From: Hyalangium minutum
GTDB lineage: Bacteria; Myxococcota; Myxococcia; Myxococcales; Myxococcaceae
Length of the DNA stretch: 62,000 nt
Direction of reading: 5' to 3'
Assembly (NCBI RefSeq): GCF_000737315.1
Contig: NZ_JMCB01000006.1
Span: 82,001-144,000 of the forward strand
The position numbers and the translations under genes are program-made. Below the pieces are notes generated by a model. The model searched no databases, was not told where the DNA came from, and saw only the letters and a program-made list of their open reading frames with translations. Below are positions 1 to 8,637 of this stretch, piece by piece. How positions within the stretch are numbered: the stretch's first letter is position 1; the number at the start of each line of letters is the position of its first letter.

Positions 1-2189
1 GTAGGGGCCCGAGGCACACGGCGAGGCCGGCCCGTCGCCGCCGCGGGTGCCGCCTCTGAACGCGCCCGAGAGGGAGACGCGGCACTCCTCTCGGGAGCCT
101 CTCGCGAAGGCACCTCACCGGGTGCCACGGAAGCGGGCCGGGGAACCGGGGGCGGCCTCGGCGGCGAGCCCATGGGCACCTTGCCCACCACCTCGATGAC
201 ATAGGCCTCGATGCTGCGCAGGAAGTCGGCGAGGTCGCCGCGCCCGCGCTCGATGCGCTGGAGCCACGCCTCCCACTGCCCCGTCATCGCGGGCGACTTC
301 ACATCCGGATGAACGACCTCGATGAGCCGGATGCCCTTCTCCGTCGCCTCCAGCGACTTGCCCCGGCGGTGCAGGTATTCGCGCTCCAGCAGCACCTCGA
401 TGATGGCGGCGCGCGTGGCCGGAGTGCCCAGCCCGGTCTCCTTCATCGCATCCGCCAGCTCCTTCTCATCCAGCGCCTTGCCCGCCGTCTCCATCGCCGT
501 GAGCAGCGAGGCGTCCGTGAGGCGCGGTGGCGGCCGCGTGCGCTTCTTCACCGCCTCCACGTCCTCCACCTTCTGCGGCTGCCCCTGCTTCAGCCCGGCA
601 GGCAGATCCTGCGAGTCCTCCTCCTCCTTGCCCTCGCCCTCCTCCTTGTCCTTCGCGTCCTTGGCGGTGCGCTCCTTGGGAGGCTTCACCCCGCCCACGT
701 CCAGCACCTTCCACCCCGCGCGCACCACCTGGGTGCCCGAGCTGTGGAACCGGTCCACCCGCGCCGCTCCACCGGCCGGCCCCTGCGAGCTCACCGCGGT
801 GATGACGGTGGTGACGGACCAGAGGTGGTCCTCGTGCCAGGCCGACAGCAGCCGGCGGCACACCAGCTCGTAGATGCGCCGCTCGTCCTGAGACAGCTGC
901 ACCCCGTCCGGCGAGGTGGGCGTGGGGACGATGGCGTGGTGGTCCGTCACCTTCGAGTCATCCACGAAGCGCCGTCCCAGGGGCCGCTCCCCCGTGCCGG
1001 CCGCCAGCAGCGGCTCGTAGGGCCTGCGGATGGCTCGCACCACGTCCGGCAGCGTGGCCGCCACCTCCGCCGACAGGTGCCGGCTCGAGGTGCGCGGGTA
1101 GCTCAGCAGCTTGTGCTTCTCGTACAGCGCCTGGGCCAGCTCCAGCGTCCGCTGCGCGCTGTATCCATAGAGCCGGTTCGCGTGCCGCTGCAGCTCCGTC
1201 AAGTCATACAGGAGCGGCGGCGCCATCTTCTTCGTCTCGGAGGTGAGCGATTCAATGGATGCGCGGCCCGTCTTCACCCGCGCCATCACCTCGCCCGCCT
1301 CCACGCCGTCCGCCGCCAGCCGCCGGGCCTCGCGCACGCCCTCGCCCAGCTTGGCGCCCGTCTTCGGATCCACGTCGCGGAACCACGTGCCCCGGTACCG
1401 AGTCTCGTGCGGCATCCCCGCCGCCTGCGGCGCGAAGGTGGCCACCACCTCCAGGTAGTCTTCGGGGACGAAGTGGCGGATGGCCAGCTCGCGCTCCACC
1501 ACCATGGCCAGCGTGGGCGTCTGCACCCGCCCCACCGACAGCATGTCCCCGCCCGCCAGCGTGTAGAGCCGCGACAGGTTCATCCCCACCAGCCAGTCCG
1601 CCCGGCTGCGTCCCTTGGCCGCGTCCGACAGCGCGTCGTACGCACTGCCGTCCTTCAACTGCCGGAAGCCCTCGCGGATGGCGCTCTCCGTCAGCGACGA
1701 CACCCACAGCCGCTTCACCGGCTTGCGGCACCCTGCCGCCTCATAGATGTAACGGAAGATGAGCTCGCCCTCGCGGCCCGCGTCCGTGGCGCACACCACC
1801 GCAGCCACCTCGGGCGCGTTCATCACCTCGCGCACCACGGAGAACTGGGAGCGCGTGCCGTCGGCCACCATCAGCGGCCACTCGCGCGGCAGCATGGGCA
1901 GCTGCTCGCGGCTCCAGCGCTTCCACTCGGGACGAATCTCGTGCGGCTGGGCCAGCCCCACCAGGTGGCCAATGGCCCACGTCACCACATAGCCATTGCC
2001 CCGGAACCAGCCCTCCCCGCGCTGCGAGGCACCCAGCGCCCGGGCAATGTCCCGCGCCACGGCCGGCTTCTCCGCCACCACGGCCAGCACGGACGCACCC
2101 CTCCTCGGAGTGGCCTCCCGGCCCCCCTCACGCCCCACCTCCTGGGTCCTCTCGCTGTCGAGCCCTGCGCCCATCGCATCCCACCTCAT
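1..2189 (-). CDS. topB: DNA topoisomerase III (type IA); 3' end runs off the window
   Basis: Manual translation of the minus strand gives the TOPRIM start VLAVVAEKPAVARDIA, VTWAIGHL, ATDAGREGELIFRYIY and the active-site region LYEKHKLLSYPRT. An AGGAGG RBS precedes the ATG at 2189. The frame is open to the window edge, so it is absent from the ORF track. Confidence 0.9.
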   Translation of the reverse strand, partial: MRWDAMGAGLDSERTQEVGREGGREATPRRGASVLAVVAEKPAVARDIARALGASQRGEGWFRGNGYVVTWAIGHLVGLAQPHEIRPEWKRWSREQLPMLPREWPLMVADGTRSQFSVVREVMNAPEVAAVVCATDAGREGELIFRYIYEAAGCRKPVKRLWVSSLTESAIREGFRQLKDGSAYDALSDAAKGRSRADWLVGMNLSRLYTLAGGDMLSVGRVQTPTLAMVVERELAIRHFVPEDYLEVVATFAPQAAGMPHETRYRGTWFRDVDPKTGAKLGEGVREARRLAADGVEAGEVMARVKTGRASIESLTSETKKMAPPLLYDLTELQRHANRLYGYSAQRTLELAQALYEKHKLLSYPRTSSRHLSAEVAATLPDVVRAIRRPYEPLLAAGTGERPLGRRFVDDSKVTDHHAIVPTPTSPDGVQLSQDERRIYELVCRRLLSAWHEDHLWSVTTVITAVSSQGPAGGAARVDRFHSSGTQVVRAGWKVLDVGGVKPPKERTAKDAKDKEEGEGKEEEDSQDLPAGLKQGQPQKVEDVEAVKKRTRPPPRLTDASLLTAMETAGKALDEKELADAMKETGLGTPATRAAIIEVLLEREYLHRRGKSLEATEKGIRLIEVVHPDVKSPAMTGQWEAWLQRIERGRGDLADFLRSIEAYVIEVVGKVPMGSPPRPPPVPRPASVAPGEVPSREAPERSAASPSRARSEAAPAAATGRPRRVPRAP

Positions 2190-2569
2190 ACCAGCCCCTC
2201 CTACGTCAACCCTCCCCGCCCCGATGCGCTCGGGCTCCCTCGGCACATTCTTCCTTATTATGCGGGGCCGACATCGGGCCCTCCTCTCTCACCCCACCTG
2301 GGGAGGCAGCTTGCCCTGCCTCCGGGGAGACTACCCCTCACCTCCCGTGAAGTTCTCCTCCTCCGTGCTTGCGCCTCACCTCCTGGGAGGGGTGGCCTTG
2401 CCAGCCCGTGGCGTCCTCACGCAAGTGTTTGGCGTTGGCCCGGAAACCTCGCACGGGTGTTTTGTCCATCATGCACTTCGGCTGCTGCCAGGGGCTATCG
2501 AGTCCGGACAGCGGGGGGGAGCTCCGCAGAGAGGCAGTGCCCCAAGGCCCGTTCACCGGAGAGTCCAGC

Positions 2570-2953
2570 ATGCAGTCGCATTGGCAGCACCGTTCAAGTC
2601 GGAGGGACGTTGTTCCCGGGGGAGAGACCCGAACGGTCCTGCGGTGGGAGTTTGGTGCGAGCGCGCAGAAGCCCCTGCGCCTGAACCGCCCCTCCTCGGC
2701 GACCCGCTCCCTGGGCTCGGGCCTGGGCCCCTCGCCGTCCCACCTCGTCGCGCTGGCGCGGGCGAAGCGCCGGCAGCGGGAGGTGCTGGAGACGGCGGGA
2801 CTGACGGCCTCTCTGAACGAAACGGTGGAGGGGGAGACTCGCCTCGCCTCGCTGTGGCCGGCCCGGGAGCCCTTCTCAGGCTCCGTGCTGCGCCCCGGGG
2901 CCCGCCGGGTCTTCACCCTCCACCCGCCTTGTCCGCCAAGGCTGCGGAGCTGA
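2570..2953 (+). CDS. Hypothetical protein, 127 aa (MQSHWQHRSS...)
   Basis: GGAG upstream of the ATG at 2570, mostly G/C third positions, and a + strand terminator downstream. No recognisable motif. Confidence 0.35.
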   Translation: MQSHWQHRSSRRDVVPGGETRTVLRWEFGASAQKPLRLNRPSSATRSLGSGLGPSPSHLVALARAKRRQREVLETAGLTASLNETVEGETRLASLWPAREPFSGSVLRPGARRVFTLHPPCPPRLRS

Positions 2954-3128
2954 ACGCCACCGTCCGGGTGGCCCTTTGTGAAGTGGGAGGATGAGGGGGT
3001 GCCAAGGACCCCGTCATCCCTGGGCGTGGAGGGAAGGTCCCTGCTGCCGGGCAGGGCCCTTCAAGTGGGAGATTCTGAAGCGGGGCTGCTCACCGGGAGG
3101 GGGGAGCGGCCCTGAGTCTGGATCGGCG

Positions 3129-3167
3129 AGGGGGGTGCCTCGACAGAGGCATCCCCCTTGGCTTTTT
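3129..3167 (+). terminator. Probable intrinsic terminator
   Basis: Stem of 12-13 bp (AGGGGGGTGCCTC-gaca-GAGGCATCCCCCT) followed by TGGCTTTTT. Confidence 0.6.
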
Positions 3168-4285
3168 CAGGGGGTCCGCTGGTGCCACGCGGCGAGCACC
3201 TCGCGCTCGCGCTCCGGCGGGAGGCCCGCCCGCATCGGCTTCTGCTGGCGCTCGGGCGGCTCGGAGCGGAACCAGGCCAGCGTGTCGCGCGCGGTGTCCA
3301 CGGGGGACCGGAACGTCGCCCCGAGCTTCAGCGCCCGGGCGTTGCTGACGCGGCCCACGCCCTTGTCCTCGCCCGAGCGCGGAATCCACACGGGCATCTG
3401 CGTCCAGGGGCTCACCTTCTGTTGCTCCACCAGCCACTCGGCGTCCACCCAGGTGAAGCGCGCGTCTCCGCCCGTGCCCGTCTTGCAGGCCTCCAGCAGC
3501 TCGCGCATGGTGAGCGTCTCCGCGGGGCCGGTGGCGTTGAAGGTGCCCACGTCCCGGCGCTCCACCACACCGAGGATGAAGGCGGCCAAGTCGCGCACAT
3601 CGATGAACTGCACCGGATCCGCGCCGTCTCCCGGAGCGAGCACCTCGCCGCCCCGGGCCACGCGCACGGGCCAATAGGTGAAGCGGTCCGTCTGGTCGCC
3701 GGGGCCGACGATGAGGCCTGGTCGGACGGTGGTGACGCGGCCGGGCATGGCGGCCTCGGCGGCCTTCTCGCTCAGGGCCTTGAGGGCGCCGTAGTGCTGG
3801 GAGACATCCTCCGTCTTCTCGTCCTCCACGGTGGCCACTGGCGAGTCCTCGTCGATGCCGTACTCGCTCATGTCCTTGTAGACGGAGATGGTGGACACGA
3901 AGATGTAGTGTCCCACGTTGGGGGCGAGCAGCTCGGCGCTGGCCTTCACGATGCGCGGCACATAGCCGGACGTATCAATGACGGCGTCCCACTGGCGGCC
4001 CTCGAGCGCCTTCAGGTCACCGTCGCGGTCACCGTGGAGCTTCTCCACGTCCGGGAAGAGCTCGGGGCGCGTCTTGCCCCGGTTGAACAGCGTCAGCGTG
4101 TGGCCACGAGGCCGGGCCAGCTCCACCAGCGCGGGCCCGAGAAACCCGGTGCCCCCGAGGATGAGAATCTTCTTCTTGGCCACCCCCCGGGGCACACCGC
4201 CCTCCTTCGAGGAAGCACACCCCATGGCCCCGAGCACCCCGAGCGCGGCCGCACCTTGCATCAACCCTCTGCGAGACACCGTCAT
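3167..4285 (-). CDS. NAD-dependent epimerase/dehydratase (extended SDR) with Tat signal peptide
   Basis: N-terminus MTVSRRGLMQGAAALGVLGAMGC (twin arginine, possible lipobox), Rossmann motif GGTGFLG and YxxxK motif YGALK. Confidence 0.85.
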   Translation of the reverse strand: MTVSRRGLMQGAAALGVLGAMGCASSKEGGVPRGVAKKKILILGGTGFLGPALVELARPRGHTLTLFNRGKTRPELFPDVEKLHGDRDGDLKALEGRQWDAVIDTSGYVPRIVKASAELLAPNVGHYIFVSTISVYKDMSEYGIDEDSPVATVEDEKTEDVSQHYGALKALSEKAAEAAMPGRVTTVRPGLIVGPGDQTDRFTYWPVRVARGGEVLAPGDGADPVQFIDVRDLAAFILGVVERRDVGTFNATGPAETLTMRELLEACKTGTGGDARFTWVDAEWLVEQQKVSPWTQMPVWIPRSGEDKGVGRVSNARALKLGATFRSPVDTARDTLAWFRSEPPERQQKPMRAGLPPEREREVLAAWHQRTP

Positions 4286-4317
4286 CGCTGCGTTCCCTCC
4301 CTGTGAAGATGAAGCCC

Positions 4318-5634
4318 TCAGCGAGCCGGGGCGTCGCCCGGAGCGGAGGCCAGCGCGGGCACCTCCTGGGCGCGCGTGCGAATCCGGGCGTGGCGGGACA
4401 GGTAGAGGGAGACGGCCAGCCACAGGCCGGCCACGGGCGCGGTGGCCAGCAGCACGCCGGCCACGCCGAACCCCAGCACCTTGAGCCCATCCTCCGTCCA
4501 GGCCGCCAGCGCATCTCCCCCCCGGTACACCATGGTGTCGATGAAGCTCTTGGCCTTGTACCGCTCCTCGCGGCTCACCGTGGTGTAGAGCAGCTCTCGC
4601 GAGGGCCGCTCCAGCGCGTAGTGCGTGGCCCCGCGCAGCGAGCGCACGCCGATGAGCAGCCACACCGAGGGCATCGCCGCCAGCCCCAGGAATCCCACCG
4701 CGGTGAGCACTGGGGTGACGGCCAACGCCACCCCCAGCCCCAACCGCTCCAGCAAGCGCGCGGTGACGAGCGACTGCAGCACCAGCGTGAGGACCTGGAC
4801 CCACAGCTCGATGTTGGCGAACTTCGCGACGCGCTCGGCCTCATCCAGCGTCTTCGCGTCCACCAGGTTCACCTGGAGCAGGTACAAGAAGGTGCTGGTG
4901 ACGCTGTAGAAGACCACCTGCAGGCCCAGCGCGAGCAGAAAAGGCGAGGTGGCCAGCAGCTTCAGCCCCGCGAGGATGCCACCGCCCACTGGGCCCTCCA
5001 CCGAGGGAGGCGGGTGCTGCACGTCATGCGCCCAGCGCGCCAGCTGCTGCACACAGCGCGCGCTGCACTCCAGCAGCACGGCGGTGATGAAGATGAGGTG
5101 GATGTGCCCCAGCGGAACGGAGAGGTTGCGCGCCAGCAACAGTCCGGCAATCACGCCCGCCGTGCCTCCGCCCGCGATGAGGCCATAGAGGCGCTTGCCC
5201 TGCTCGCTGGCGAACAGGTCCGCCATGAAGCTCCAGAACACGGAGACGACGAACAGGTTGTAGACGCTGAGCCAGACGTAGAACACCCGGGCCACGGCCT
5301 GGGGCTCCACCTCCAGCTTGAACAGCACGAAGAAGCCCAGGAGGTTGAGCAGGAAGAAGCGGTAGATGAAGGGAATGACGCGCTTGCGAGGCCAGCGCGC
5401 CACCAGCGCCGAGTACGCCGGCACCGCCACCATCATCACCGCGAAGGTGGCGGTAAACATCCACTGCCACTTCAGGCCCTTCACCCCGCCGGCGGTCCCC
5501 ATCGCGTCGCGCAGCGGCTTGAGGACGAAGTAGCCGCACATCAACGTGAAGAAGTAGAGGAAGGACCAGAGCAGGGCCCCCACCTCTTCCTCTCGCACGT
5601 CCACGAATCGCTTGAGCCAGGGTGAAGGTCGCAC
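4318..5634 (-). CDS. MFS transporter, NTP/NDP-exchange (TLC/Npt-like) family
   Basis: About 12 hydrophobic segments; motifs YFVLKPLRDAMG, FWSFMADLF...KRLYGLIAGGGT and RYKAKSFIDTMVYRGGD typical of Npt-like carriers. Confidence 0.75.
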   Translation of the reverse strand: MRPSPWLKRFVDVREEEVGALLWSFLYFFTLMCGYFVLKPLRDAMGTAGGVKGLKWQWMFTATFAVMMVAVPAYSALVARWPRKRVIPFIYRFFLLNLLGFFVLFKLEVEPQAVARVFYVWLSVYNLFVVSVFWSFMADLFASEQGKRLYGLIAGGGTAGVIAGLLLARNLSVPLGHIHLIFITAVLLECSARCVQQLARWAHDVQHPPPSVEGPVGGGILAGLKLLATSPFLLALGLQVVFYSVTSTFLYLLQVNLVDAKTLDEAERVAKFANIELWVQVLTLVLQSLVTARLLERLGLGVALAVTPVLTAVGFLGLAAMPSVWLLIGVRSLRGATHYALERPSRELLYTTVSREERYKAKSFIDTMVYRGGDALAAWTEDGLKVLGFGVAGVLLATAPVAGLWLAVSLYLSRHARIRTRAQEVPALASAPGDAPAR

Positions 5635-5690
5635 GCGCGCCTCCCCAACGTCCCCCCAGAACCGCTATTCCCGAGTTCGAGGTGAGTCGC

Positions 5691-6986
5691 TCAGGCCCCA
5701 CCCTGCACGGACCGGAGCACCGCCTCCACCCGGGGCAGCGCCTCCTGGATTTCCTCCAGGGAGACGGCGCCCACCGAGAGCCGGAACCAGCCCGTGTCAT
5801 CCTTCAGCCCGAAGGCCTGGAAGGGCACCACCGCGAAGCTGGCCTTCTCCAAGAGCCGCTTGCGAATCTCATCGTTGGTCTTCAGCCCCGCCTTCCCCAC
5901 CAGGTCAAACTGCACCGAGAGGTAGATGGCGCCCTGCGGAGAAATCGCGCGCACCGGCAGCCCCGCCGCGCGCATCTTCTCGAAGCCCTGGTAGAGCGCC
6001 TCCAGCCGCTCCTCCACCCGGTGCTTCATCGTCTTCATGAAGCGGGCGGTGCCCTCCACGTCCTCCAGCGCGCGCGCCACGGCGATCTGCTCGGCCTTGG
6101 GCGCCCACGCGCCCACGTGGCCGATGACGTCCCGCATGCGAGAGATGATGGCCGGCGGGCCCACGCCCCAGCCCACGCGCACCCCCGTGGCCGCGAAGGA
6201 CTTGGAGATGCCATCCACGAACACCGTGTAGTGCGCCATCTCCGGCACCAGCTCCACCGGCGTCACGTGCTTGGACTGGCCCGCGCTCAGCGTCCAATAA
6301 ATCTGGTCGTACATCAGGATGAGCGGCGCCTGCCCGCGCGCCTTGCGGCCCTGGTTCTCCGCGACGATGCGCTCGCAGATGGCCTTGAGCGCCTCGGGGC
6401 TGATCATCGTCCCGGTAGGGTTGAGCGGGCTGCAGAGGCATAGCAGCCGGGCGCTCGGAAACAGCGGGGCAAGTTGCTCCACCGTGGGCATGAAGCCCTG
6501 GTCCGCCAACGTCACCACTTCCGTGCTCTTGGCCCCCATCATGTGGGCGTAGTGGTTGTTGTTCCACGAAGGCACCGGGTAGATGACGGTGTCACCCTCG
6601 TTCAGCACCGTGCGGTAGGTGCCATAGATGATGGGCCGCGCGCCGCCGGCGATGACGATGCCCTCCAGCGGGTACTTCAGGCCCAGGGAGCGCTCGTAGA
6701 AGCGCTGCACGCTCTGGCGCAAGTCCAGCACGCCGTCCGAGGGCGGATAGTTCGTCTCGCCCGCCTGCAGCGCCCGGGCGATGCCCTCGCCGAGCGCGGT
6801 GGGGATGGGGAACTCGCGAGGGCTGAAGTCGCCCACGGTGAGGTTGCACACCTTGCGGCCCTGCGCGGTCAGCTCGCGGATCTCCGCGGCAATGCGGAGG
6901 ATCTCGCTGCCGACGAGGCCACGCGCCATCGTGCCAACGAAGGTGTCGTCCCGCTTGGGAAGAAGGGTCGTGAGATCAATTGCCAT
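5691..6986 (-). CDS. PLP-dependent aminotransferase class I/II (aspartate aminotransferase-like)
   Basis: Motifs NLTVGDF, CSPLNPTG, YDQIY, PLP-lysine region DGISKSFAATGVRVGW and WFRLS. Confidence 0.9.
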   Translation of the reverse strand: MAIDLTTLLPKRDDTFVGTMARGLVGSEILRIAAEIRELTAQGRKVCNLTVGDFSPREFPIPTALGEGIARALQAGETNYPPSDGVLDLRQSVQRFYERSLGLKYPLEGIVIAGGARPIIYGTYRTVLNEGDTVIYPVPSWNNNHYAHMMGAKSTEVVTLADQGFMPTVEQLAPLFPSARLLCLCSPLNPTGTMISPEALKAICERIVAENQGRKARGQAPLILMYDQIYWTLSAGQSKHVTPVELVPEMAHYTVFVDGISKSFAATGVRVGWGVGPPAIISRMRDVIGHVGAWAPKAEQIAVARALEDVEGTARFMKTMKHRVEERLEALYQGFEKMRAAGLPVRAISPQGAIYLSVQFDLVGKAGLKTNDEIRKRLLEKASFAVVPFQAFGLKDDTGWFRLSVGAVSLEEIQEALPRVEAVLRSVQGGA

Positions 6987-7097
6987 GAGGTCGCTCCAGT
7001 GGGCGCCCGGGAAGGGCGCACAGCCACGGGCCGGCGGACCATACACGCCACGCGGCGTCCATGGATCGCCCATCCCCTCACGGCGGCGCTGATCTAT

Positions 7098-7661
7098 TTA
7101 TATGGAGTAGAACCCGGTGCCATCCGCACGGGCGGTGACGCGCTGCGGCTCGACAGGGAGGGGCACCGGCGTCGGGAAGGAGCGGGGCGCTGTCATGCCC
7201 AGGGCGTTCCACGTCTTGGGGCCTACCACGCCGTCGGCCTCCAGGCCCTTGGCGCGCTGGAAGGCCATCACCGTGCGCTCCGTCTTGGGGCCGAACTGGC
7301 CGTCCTTGCTGCCCGGGTCGAAGCCGTGCGTGGCCAGCATCTTCTGGAGCACCAGCACGGAGGGATCACACACCCCGCGCTTGAGGATGGGCCGCAGCCC
7401 CGTGCCCCGGCGCGTGTCCAGCGCCGCCCACGTTCGCGAGTTCGCGATGCCGTCCACCTCGAGGCCCCGCGCACGCTGGAAGGCCATCACCGCGCACTTG
7501 GTGCTGGAACCGAAGGCGCCATCCACTTCGCCCGTGAAGACGCCCGCCGCCTGGAGCTGCCGCTGGAGGTACTCGACCTCAGGGCCGCACATCCCCTGCC
7601 GGAGCACGGGGAAGGACTCTTCTGCGTTGGACGACCAGGGGGGCAGCATGGAGGGCATCAA
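7098..7661 (-). CDS. Protein with two peptidoglycan-binding (PG_binding_1) domains and no catalytic domain
   Basis: Two copies of L..G.....V..LQ..L....DG.FG..T...V.AFQ...GL..DG.....TW.AL. Confidence 0.8.
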   Translation of the reverse strand: MMPSMLPPWSSNAEESFPVLRQGMCGPEVEYLQRQLQAAGVFTGEVDGAFGSSTKCAVMAFQRARGLEVDGIANSRTWAALDTRRGTGLRPILKRGVCDPSVLVLQKMLATHGFDPGSKDGQFGPKTERTVMAFQRAKGLEADGVVGPKTWNALGMTAPRSFPTPVPLPVEPQRVTARADGTGFYSI

Positions 7662-7742
7662 AAAACTCCAGGCACTGGATTCAACAGCAGGGGGGCGCCT
7701 TATCGAGGATCCACGCGCGAGATGCCAGCCCCCCTAGGGGCG

Positions 7743-7756
7743 AAAGTGCGCACTTT
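7743..7756. promoter_or_regulatory. Perfect 14-bp palindrome AAAGTGCGCACTTT; candidate operator between divergent genes
   Basis: Exact self-complementary sequence, flanked by GGGG...CCCC, in an AT-richer intergenic region. Confidence 0.35.
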
Positions 7757-7911
7757 GTACCCCAAAGCACACCTTTTGTCAGGAACTATCTCGACGTGTC
7801 GCATCGGGCCGCCAGGAATTCCCGAAAGGTCCTTCTGCGCTGGAACGAAGCGCGGCTCTCATGCGAGAGGAGAGCGCCCGCGGCGCGGCCCGGGCTCCCA
7901 GGAGGGGACCG

Positions 7912-8628
7912 ATGATGCAGACCCTGCGGTTGAATCGGTGGATGAAGTCCCTGTGGCTCGTGGGCTGTCTGAGCGTGGTGGGGTGCACGAAGAAGGACGA
8001 GCCCGCGGCGACTCCGCCCGAACCCGTGGTGCAGGCCCCGTCCGCGCCCACCGAGGCCCCGCCTCCTCCGCCCTCGCAGCCGGCTCCCTCCGTGCCCGCG
8101 GATGCTGCTGCTCCTCCGGCTCAGGACTCGGCACAGCCTCCGGCCCCGGCCCCGGCCCCAGCGCAGGGCGCGGGCGTGCCCGAGGATCCGAAGAACCGCG
8201 AGTGGACCGCGGGGGCGGTGAAGTTGAAGCGGCCGGAGGTGCAGATGGTGACGCTGCGCTCGGTGCGCGCGGCACGCAACGAGGGCTTCGACCGCGTGGT
8301 GTTCGAGTTCGATGGGGCGCAGGTGCCCGGCTACCAGCTGGAGTACGTGAACAAGCCCATCGTGAAGTGCGGCTCGGGGAACGAGACGGAGGTCGCGGGC
8401 CAGGGCTGGCTCCAGGTGACGCTCACGCCCGCGCAGGCCCACGAGGGCGGCACGGCCACCATCAACGAGCGCGAGCGCAAGTCCGCCCTGCCCGTCATCC
8501 AGGAGCTGGAGATGACGTGTGACTTCGAGGGCGAGGTGACGTGGGTGCTCGGCAACGCGCACCCCAACAAGTACCGCGTCATGGAGCTGCGCGACCCCAC
8601 CCGCCTCGTGGTGGACGTGCAGCACTGA
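7912..8628 (+). CDS. Lipoprotein with Pro/Ala linker and C-terminal AMIN-like domain
   Basis: Lipobox VVGC, Pro-rich linker, then LRSVRAARNEGFDRVVFEFDG...LRDPTRLVVDV. GGAGG RBS upstream. Confidence 0.7.
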   Translation: MMQTLRLNRWMKSLWLVGCLSVVGCTKKDEPAATPPEPVVQAPSAPTEAPPPPPSQPAPSVPADAAAPPAQDSAQPPAPAPAPAQGAGVPEDPKNREWTAGAVKLKRPEVQMVTLRSVRAARNEGFDRVVFEFDGAQVPGYQLEYVNKPIVKCGSGNETEVAGQGWLQVTLTPAQAHEGGTATINERERKSALPVIQELEMTCDFEGEVTWVLGNAHPNKYRVMELRDPTRLVVDVQH

Positions 8629-8637
8629 GGGCCCGGC

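Noticed and set aside
309-2684. 791-aa + strand ORF over topB
   Set aside because: Antisense shadow of a high-GC3 gene; Arg/His/Leu-rich with no motifs, while the minus frame has clear topoisomerase motifs.
7741-7860. GCGAAAG / CCCGAAAGG tetraloop-like elements as a c-di-GMP riboswitch
   Set aside because: The required two-stem architecture and receptor motif could not be assembled by eye; an Rfam search would be decisive.
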